Shown: one piece after another, positions 25,922-32,000 of the stretch
How the letters are laid out: every line of letters starts with the position of its first letter
How positions within the stretch are numbered: position 1 is the stretch's first letter
NCBI RefSeq assembly: GCF_000012285.1
Contig: NC_007181.1
Coordinates: 1,020,001 to 1,052,000 of the forward strand
From: Sulfolobus acidocaldarius DSM 639
GTDB lineage: Archaea > Thermoproteota > Thermoprotei_A > Sulfolobales > Sulfolobaceae
Direction: 5' to 3'
Length of the DNA stretch: 32,000 bases
Translations under genes and position numbers: made by a program
Notes under the pieces: model-generated
What the model was told of the DNA's origin: nothing
The model's input: the letters and a program-made list of their open reading frames with translations, nothing else
The model's database searches: none

Positions 25922-26425
25922 TCACCTCTTCTTTCTTTTTACTATTCCGTATACAGCTCCTTTCCTTACGTATCCCTCATTCCCCCCTGCAATTAAATCA
26001 TAATTAGATTCCACGTAAGACCTGAATCTTGAGTAAAATTCCTCTTTTGTTAGACCAAGTTCAACCCTGATATTTTCCAATGATGCATATCCCAAGTTGT
26101 CTTTAACTTTATCATAAACCTCGTCAAAGGAACCAACGTTAAGTTTCCACTTTTCACCTACTATTTCTTCAAGTTTCTTTATTTCATCCTTTATTTCTCT
26201 CAATAAACCTATTACAATAGTATTAGAATCAACCTTAACGAGCTCATATGATTTTCCACCATTAACATCATACTTCTTTACTAAACCCTCACTCTCCAAT
26301 TCAGTTAATACTTTCTCTATATCCTCAGGATCCTCCTTTATTCTTCTTTTTATTTTGGAAAAAGCTATGGGTTTTCCATCATAAAGTTCCTGAAGAACTG
26401 AAATAACCACGTCCTTGTTAATCAT
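25922..26425 (-). CDS. Winged-helix protein (two wHTH-like halves), first gene of a two-gene operon with the ATPase
   Basis: 167 aa. The N-terminal VLQELYDGKPIAFSKIKRRI...KVLTELESEGLVKK is wHTH-like. The C-terminal LGYASLENIRVELGLTKEEFYSRF looks like a second HTH. TTTAAAAT is centred about 28 nt upstream of the ATG. Confidence 0.5.
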   Translation of the reverse strand: MINKDVVISVLQELYDGKPIAFSKIKRRIKEDPEDIEKVLTELESEGLVKKYDVNGGKSYELVKVDSNTIVIGLLREIKDEIKKLEEIVGEKWKLNVGSFDEVYDKVKDNLGYASLENIRVELGLTKEEFYSRFRSYVESNYDLIAGGNEGYVRKGAVYGIVKRKKR

Positions 26426-26447
26426 GATTCTAAAAGTTTAACCAGAA

Positions 26448-26459
26448 GAATTTTAAACC
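26448..26459 (-). promoter_or_regulatory. TATA box of the wHTH-ATPase operon
   Basis: The minus strand reads GGTTTAAAATT, centred about 28 nt upstream of the ATG at 26425 (leaderless geometry). Confidence 0.5.
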
Positions 26460-26657
26460 AAAATGCTACATAATACCAATCGCTCTGACGTGCAGTCATC
26501 ACTGTTCAGTAAAGACCAATTCGCTCACTAGTTACTATAAGAAACTCAGCTTTTTAGATTTTATTGACATTAAAACAGAAGTAGGAAAAGCCATTAACCC
26601 AATAGAAAAATAAACCTCTTCAGTGGTATTAACTCAATCAGTAATACAACTACAACA

Positions 26658-26690
26658 AATAAAAAAGAGACTATATCCTGTGAACCACAG
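26658..26690 (-). terminator. Hairpin plus T-tract downstream of tenA
   Basis: The minus strand reads CTGTGGTTCACAG (5-3-5 hairpin, 26678-26690), followed by TCTCTTTTTTATTT (T-run, about 26658-26671). It starts about 28 nt after the tenA stop. Confidence 0.4.
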
Positions 26691-26718
26691 TTTAAGGTAA
26701 AAGTTGAGGAAAATAAAA

Positions 26719-27375
26719 TCATACTTTGATCTTAAAAGGAAACCTTTCTAATCTATAAGCCATATCCCAGAACATATACTCGAAAATCGATGCTAATCTA
26801 AAGTGCTTAAACATCATTTTCTCTTGACTATCAGTCAATTTAAAAGAATTTATTATATTTAATACATTTTTAACTCCAACTTCATACTCCTCTCCTCCAT
26901 AAGTATCTATCCATCTCTTATATAATGGGTTTGGAGAACCTTTCTTTGTTAATTCTCTGCCTACTTCCATATAGATCCAATAGCAAGGGAGAACAACAGC
27001 CACACCTTCATAGAATGGTCTTGAATATACAGTAGATAACAAATAAGAAGTGTACATAAGGTTAGAGGGGGACTGTTCAAAATCTTCAGGATTTATCTTC
27101 CAGTGAGTGAAGAAGTAATTATGAAGATCTCTTTCCACTTTTATAACGTCCGAAACATGTGTAGCAAATAGAACTGACTGCTCTTGAGATTCTGCTTTAG
27201 CGGATAAAACAGCTAGTGCTTTACTGAAGTCCTTTAAGTAATGATAGTCCTGAATTATATAATATTTAAATCTCTCTTCTTCTAACTTCCCACTCACTAA
27301 TCCTGTAATAAAAGGATGTGATAATATTGCAGAATAAACATCAGATATTGACTCCCACAGACGTTCAGAAAGCAC
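26719..27375 (-). CDS. tenA: TenA-family aminopyrimidine aminohydrolase (thiaminase II)
   Basis: 218 aa, GTG start. HPFITGLVSGKLEEERFKYYIIQDYHYL and the C-terminal FEYMFWDMAY are typical TenA/heme-oxygenase-like blocks. Confidence 0.85.
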   Translation of the reverse strand: MLSERLWESISDVYSAILSHPFITGLVSGKLEEERFKYYIIQDYHYLKDFSKALAVLSAKAESQEQSVLFATHVSDVIKVERDLHNYFFTHWKINPEDFEQSPSNLMYTSYLLSTVYSRPFYEGVAVVLPCYWIYMEVGRELTKKGSPNPLYKRWIDTYGGEEYEVGVKNVLNIINSFKLTDSQEKMMFKHFRLASIFEYMFWDMAYRLERFPFKIKV

Positions 27376-27425
27376 GTTATAAAGTTTAATAAAACAGTTA
27401 TATAAGCTTACGTACCAAGCTCATA

Positions 27426-29072
27426 TCACAAGTTTATCTCTAGAAAGCCTTGGTAGACTGAATAATACGCATTTATCATCAATGCTTTAGTATCTGGGCT
27501 AATGTAGAGCTGAGGTAGTGGTGCAGATACATTAACTATTTCCCATTCCCCACTTTTCAGGTTAGTGGAGTTTGATATCCAAACAAACCCATTAGGTGGA
27601 CCCGCTGAATCAACAAGTATTCTGAACAATGGAGTGATTGAGCCAGGACCATTATAACTGACATTCAGGAGCATACTAACTATGTAACCCTGATTATCAT
27701 AATTTACCTTTAATACGTCAATGTGAATAGAATTGGGATAGGAGAGAAAATTGTAATGGAAAAAGAATGCAAACCCTAGTATAGCTAGAAGAAACATGGA
27801 AATTATTATTGTCTTACTCTTACTGCCCAGTGAAATACCACTGTTATCATTACTATTTAGAGTGTTTGTGTAGCAGAACATCGGCCAATATATTAGATAA
27901 TTCCATAACACTCTGTACAAAAATAGAAAGGCAAAATATGCTATCCCATACCACTTATTTCTAAAGAGAAGCAGACCCATTACAACTATCAGAATTGGGG
28001 CTACAGTGAAGAATAATGGGTAAAGATAGAAGATATTGGTAAACGATAACAAATTGTAACCATAACCTATCTGTAACAGGGAGCTACCCATAGGTGTTAC
28101 TACACCTTGAATATAGTAACTAGGATTAATCAGAATGAAATAACCATTAAAGAGGAAAAATACCAACACTGCTGGGATGAGAAATTTCTTTAGATCCTTT
28201 CTATACGATATTAAGTAAAATGGCAAAATTGCAAGGGGAGTCTGCTTATACGCTATTGATAGACCATAGAATACACCCTTCCATTTTACGTCTTTTACCA
28301 GTAAAGATAGTAATAGAAAGAACACCCATACAATATCAGTAACTCCTCCTGTTGAATAAAATATGTATGAGGGGATTAGGTAGGCACTTATAAACAAAGC
28401 ATATTCCTTTTCAGACAGGTAAAAGAATGTAATGATACCTATCAGTAGATCAAATGTCAGATAAACGTAGTTTGGAGAAATCTTTAGCAGGACTGCAGGT
28501 ATAAGAACGAGAAATGATAATGAAGGATAATTCAGGTTAGTTACAAAACCGCCAGTAAGTATGGGAGTTGGATAAGAGAGGTAGATATTTTGATGATAAA
28601 ACTGGTAGACATTAGCAGTATTTATAGGATTATAAGGGTTAAGACCATGCAAAAAAAGGTACGCAGAGTAGTAAGATATCATTGAAGAATCTGTACCGAA
28701 AAACACTCTTATTTGTAGAAAATAGATCATCGAAGCTAAGAAAAATATCAGGCTAAAGAGTTTCAGTTTTCTGAAATATATACCCAGACCTAAAATCACA
28801 TACGTGAACAGAAATAACCATATATTCTGGGTAAGTATGATGTAAAAGATTGGAATTAGCGCCAGTTCGGTGTAAATTATATATGTAAGTATACGCTCAT
28901 TTACCTCTTTGAAATCTAAGAACAGCACAATTCCAGCCAATGTAACAATTACGAGATCAGCAACAACTGTCCATGTGTTAAGATAAGCGTTTGCGCCCAT
29001 TATACTAGTAGCAAGGAACAGGAGAAACTGGGAGATGTTAGCATTCAGAGACTCTTTGTACCTTAGTGCCAC
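27426..29072 (-). CDS. Polytopic membrane protein, possibly a GT-C-type glycosyltransferase, with a C-terminal extracytoplasmic domain
   Basis: 548 aa, GTG start. More than 12 hydrophobic segments are followed by a ~110-aa soluble, beta-rich tail (IHIDVLKVNYDNQGYIVSMLLNVSYNG...). The family assignment rests on topology only. Confidence 0.4.
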   Translation of the reverse strand: MALRYKESLNANISQFLLFLATSIMGANAYLNTWTVVADLVIVTLAGIVLFLDFKEVNERILTYIIYTELALIPIFYIILTQNIWLFLFTYVILGLGIYFRKLKLFSLIFFLASMIYFLQIRVFFGTDSSMISYYSAYLFLHGLNPYNPINTANVYQFYHQNIYLSYPTPILTGGFVTNLNYPSLSFLVLIPAVLLKISPNYVYLTFDLLIGIITFFYLSEKEYALFISAYLIPSYIFYSTGGVTDIVWVFFLLLSLLVKDVKWKGVFYGLSIAYKQTPLAILPFYLISYRKDLKKFLIPAVLVFFLFNGYFILINPSYYIQGVVTPMGSSLLQIGYGYNLLSFTNIFYLYPLFFTVAPILIVVMGLLLFRNKWYGIAYFAFLFLYRVLWNYLIYWPMFCYTNTLNSNDNSGISLGSKSKTIIISMFLLAILGFAFFFHYNFLSYPNSIHIDVLKVNYDNQGYIVSMLLNVSYNGPGSITPLFRILVDSAGPPNGFVWISNSTNLKSGEWEIVNVSAPLPQLYISPDTKALMINAYYSVYQGFLEINL

Positions 29073-29192
29073 GGACTCTGGTATCCGTGACTCAAAATAA
29101 ATTTTTTGGAAATAGAGAACAGATTAAGCCTGATCTTTCGTTAAAAATCCCATTTATAAAGAAACTCTAACAAAAAAAGAAAAGATAAAACA

Positions 29193-29960
29193 TTACAGTA
29201 CAGTTAAACCACCATCTACAACCACAGCATCTCCGTTTACAAAGGATGCCTCATCTGATGCTAAAAACACTATTACATTAGCTATATCTTCTGGCTCAGC
29301 CAATCTCGACGAAAGACTCATAAGTTTTGTAAGAGTCCTCATACCTAATTCACTTGGCTTAGAACTACCAAGCCCTATATTTGTCTTAACTGTACCAGGA
29401 AGAACAGCCACAGCCCTTATTCCTTGATCACCATAATGGGCAGCAATACTTCTGGTCAAACCTATCAAGCCGTGTTTTGCGACTGTGTATGGAGCACCAG
29501 CAAAGCCTCCCCTTATACCGGCAATTGATGCGGTATTTACAATGACACCTTTACCCTGCTTGAGCATTATAGGGATTACAGCCCTAGAAGAGTAAAATGC
29601 TGAATACAGGTTTACAGCTAAAACTCTCTCCCATAATTCATCACTAACCTCAGCTACAGGAGTAACTCCGTCCATTATTCCTGCGTTGTTGCAAAGTACA
29701 TCAATCCTAGAATATGTTTCAAAGGTCCTTCTCACAAATTCCTCTACGTCCTTTTTCTTTGAGACATCAGCCTTTACCCCAAGTACTTCTTTCCCCATAC
29801 CCCTTAACTCCTGAACAATTTGATTTAACCTATCCTCCAACAGCTCAACCGCTACAACAATAGAATCATTAAGAGCAAATTTCTTAGCTATAGCCCTACC
29901 TATTCCGCTTCCTGCACCAGTCACAATTACTACTTTATTTTTCAAACTCTGATATGACAT
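29193..29960 (-). CDS. Short-chain dehydrogenase/reductase (classical SDR)
   Basis: 255 aa. TGAGSGIGRAIA cofactor motif, NNAG, and the catalytic S...YTVAKHG (YxxxK). Confidence 0.9.
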   Translation of the reverse strand: MSYQSLKNKVVIVTGAGSGIGRAIAKKFALNDSIVVAVELLEDRLNQIVQELRGMGKEVLGVKADVSKKKDVEEFVRRTFETYSRIDVLCNNAGIMDGVTPVAEVSDELWERVLAVNLYSAFYSSRAVIPIMLKQGKGVIVNTASIAGIRGGFAGAPYTVAKHGLIGLTRSIAAHYGDQGIRAVAVLPGTVKTNIGLGSSKPSELGMRTLTKLMSLSSRLAEPEDIANVIVFLASDEASFVNGDAVVVDGGLTVL

Positions 29961-30008
29961 AAACTACTATGCATTTTGATAGATAATAAACTATCCTAGA
30001 CGCTAGTC

Positions 30009-30542
30009 TTATAAGTATTTTAGTTCTCCGTTTTCTATCCTGGCGCACTCTGTAAGCTTATGGCTAATAGTCTTATTCTTTCCAAGTACGTGAATAACTT
30101 CCACTGATTTGTAGTAGAGCCAATCAGATATTATCTTCCTATGGCAGTTCCACGGAAGGCTTTCAGCACACATTATAGCTACTGTTCTAGTTGAACACAA
30201 GTGTAGAAGATCTTCCAATGCTTTTTTAGCGTCAACTGACTTGAGGATATACGTGGCAAAAGCTCTAAAGCTATCGTCCTTGAAACATCTTCCAATACCA
30301 TCGTCTTTGATGTCTTTGCCAAACCTCCTATAACCTCCTAAACTCTCAAACCAGATATACTGAATACCATTATCCTCAAGAGTTATGGATAAATTCTCTT
30401 TGTTAAAATGAGGGAAACTTTTACTCCTAGGCCATCTCCTAACATCAATCAAAACCTCTATTTTATATGCTGAAAGGAGATTTAAGAACTCGCTAATGGT
30501 TCTGTTTGAATGCCCTATTGTATATGCTTTGATAGTTGTCAT
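30009..30542 (-). CDS. DUF488-family protein
   Basis: YTIGHSNRTISEFLNLL....IEVLIDVRRWPRSK..PHFNKENL...GIQY....LGG matches the DUF488 pattern. The track start (30545) is a TTG immediately before the ATG at 30542. Confidence 0.7.
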   Translation of the reverse strand: MTTIKAYTIGHSNRTISEFLNLLSAYKIEVLIDVRRWPRSKSFPHFNKENLSITLEDNGIQYIWFESLGGYRRFGKDIKDDGIGRCFKDDSFRAFATYILKSVDAKKALEDLLHLCSTRTVAIMCAESLPWNCHRKIISDWLYYKSVEVIHVLGKNKTISHKLTECARIENGELKYL

Positions 30543-30710
30543 CAATGGTCACTAGTTTCTGATTATAAAATAACTTCATGATTGTAAGTGAGATAAACTT
30601 GACTGCTTCAGTATTATGAAGAGAGAACATGATTAAATTTTATGCTTTAGTGTTTTTATTCTCCCCAATCCCTCTAAGAGCCTTTTAGCGAAAAAATAAG
30701 ATCAATCTGA

Positions 30711-31121
30711 TTATTTCTCTCCAACAAATTCATATGGACTTTCAGTTGGCCAATTAGGTAACAAAGGAACAAACATAATTCCAGCTACCGCAACATACCT
30801 AAGCGTGGTCTTACCTGTATTAAAGACCCTGTGTGGAGTATTCTCCTTGATGTAGACTGAATCGTTAGCCTTAATCTCGTATTTTACTCCATTAATTTCG
30901 ACTACACCTTCTCCGTCTAGAACATAATATACTTCTTCGCAGTTATGTTTATGAAGGGGAGTTGAGTTATTTGGCTCTACCTCAACTACACCTAAAACTA
31001 AGGATTTGACAGGAAAACCAGTCTCTGGATATATTACTTTCCAATCCTTAACGCCTCGCTTTATTTCCATCGCCGATCCTGGTTTCCACTGATCTCTTCT
31101 AATTACAACTTTTGTATCCAT
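30711..31121 (-). CDS. Cupin-domain protein
   Basis: Cupin motifs PLHKHNCEEVYYVLDGEG and GDSVYI..NTPHRVFN-type (NDSVYIKENTPHRVFNTG). The track start (31145) is a TTG. The ATG at 31121 has TTTTTATT about 30 nt upstream, so I prefer it (136 aa). Confidence 0.8.
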   Translation of the reverse strand: MDTKVVIRRDQWKPGSAMEIKRGVKDWKVIYPETGFPVKSLVLGVVEVEPNNSTPLHKHNCEEVYYVLDGEGVVEINGVKYEIKANDSVYIKENTPHRVFNTGKTTLRYVAVAGIMFVPLLPNWPTESPYEFVGEK

Positions 31122-32000
31122 ATATATCGTATTGCGAAGTCTCAATAAAAACCGATTACTCTCCCATTTTTTATTTTAACTCTCATCATATAATTTTAGG
31201 ACTGCAAGTGAGAAAACATGGAGAAATAAGGGAAAATAAGTAAGCTTAATTTCTATTAACTATCAGTGTATTTCACAGAAAAAGCTTCTAATTTGAGCCT
31301 TTCAACAAAAAATTAGCATATGCAATGCGACACCTGGCTTTTGAAATTTAGATAAAGAAATAAGCTATCTCAGTACAGTTTTCCTTATGTGTAATACGTA
31401 AGTACCGTATTACTTTCAATTTATCTTATGATTAAAAAATCCTCTGTTTCCTCTCCATTTTAGGTTTTCTGCTTTCTCTTAATCAAGACAACATAATACA
31501 GTGTTAAGTTAACTTCAACTTAACTTGACAACTTTACACCCAGTTTTCAACCACCTTAGTAACAACACAAATAAGGATAAAACCTTCAAACAAGATAAAG
31601 TTTAAAGATTGCCGAGTTTCCACTCCACCAACAATTTTTCGTAGAAAAGGATAGTATAAATCAATAAAACTACAGTGAAGGAAAATTAATGTTTAATTCT
31701 TCGGGAGCTGAGAATTAATGAATAATTGTTGAGAATGTAAAATTAAACCCCTAAAATTAACGTATGTAGACTCTAGAGATAGGATATAGATAGTTCCTAT
31801 GAAAGATACTTTATTTAGTTAAAGGAAATTAAAATTATTTTAAAAAGATTGAGATAAATTGTATTGCAGTTTGCTTCACACATTAGTAACTGGTATCAAT
31901 ATAGTAATAATCTGTATAGCTGTAACATTAGATTGTACTTCAAAACTTAGTTTAGAGACAAAGGTTGTGAAAAGCGTTATGAATTTGTTTGAGAAGGTTG

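Noticed and set aside
2984-26003. Track ORFs lying antisense inside longer well-supported genes: 2984-3286, 3906-4133, 4151-4453, 5120-5302, 6323-6511, 6545-6763, 6878-7165, 7900-8094, 11120-11305, 12032-12244, 12363-12728, 14023-14304, 15333-15578, 16026-16241, 16320-16544, 17431-17664, 17564-17884, 18266-18538, 20202-20489, 20476-20673, 25596-26003.
   Set aside because: Each is fully or mostly embedded opposite a gene with clear family motifs. Their products are S/L/T/F-rich shadow-frame sequences with no motifs and no promoter geometry. 17564-17884 is simply the complement of the K/E-rich tract.
26481-26510. Minus-strand GTGATGA (complement of 26496-26502), preceded by a CTGA, in the tenA-wHTH spacer.
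   Set aside because: No CUGA sits at the right distance downstream and no acceptable C box upstream. The box spacing does not fit a C/D sRNA.
7886-31145. N-terminal extensions in the ORF track that begin at TTG or in promoter-like DNA: 7886-7921, 16276-16326, 18166-18171, 22064-22108, 30543-30545, 31122-31145.
   Set aside because: In each case a nearby in-frame ATG (or a GTG for the Sm gene) gives a conserved-looking N-terminus and places a TATA-like box about 25-30 nt upstream. The extensions encode implausible peptides. Only the ATPase at 25915 genuinely needs its TTG.
31967-32000. Possible gene start at the right edge (GTG 31967 or ATG 31979: ...MNLFEKV).
   Set aside because: Only 7-11 codons lie inside the window, which is too little to support a feature.
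1-32000. Searched for mobile elements, tRNA/rRNA genes, integrase or transposase ORFs, and terminal inverted repeats.
   Set aside because: None was recognised. No ORF has transposase or integrase motifs, no cloverleaf-like GC-rich segments occur, and composition is uniform apart from the Q/P-linker tract.

Overview
AT-rich, gene-dense archaeal chromosome. The gene content points to a Sulfolobales crenarchaeon: a group II chaperonin, GH57 amylase plus archaeal glycogen synthase, FAU-1, an Sm-like protein and Lrs14-type regulators. Signals agree: TATA-like boxes sit about 25-30 nt upstream of start codons (leaderless style), and GGTGA-type SD motifs appear only before operon-internal genes. From memory, the gene order best matches Sulfolobus acidocaldarius around the arnA/arnB locus; this is not verified. 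I support 36 protein genes. Two are absent from the ORF track: a truncated nucleotidyltransferase at the left edge and a 54-aa AbrB/Sso7c4-like protein. Several track ORFs start at TTG and I re-called their starts. I also call one canonical C/D box sRNA (5710-5763). I found no rRNA, tRNA, CRISPR array or mobile element. Items worth a second look: (1) a vWA <-> ZnF-FHA -> vWA phospho-signalling cluster (ArnA/ArnB-like plus an extra divergent vWA paralogue) around a symmetric bidirectional promoter; (2) an orphan Csx1-like gene with degenerate DxTHG and HEPN motifs, far from any CRISPR array; (3) a tightly coupled wHTH + ORC/Cdc6-like P-loop ATPase gene pair of unknown function; (4) a FecCD/BtuCDF-type ABC importer bracketed by two paralogous Lrs14-like regulators, with the same DtxR iron-box-like palindrome at identical spacing before both the binding-protein and permease genes; (5) about 820 bp with no ORF at the right end.
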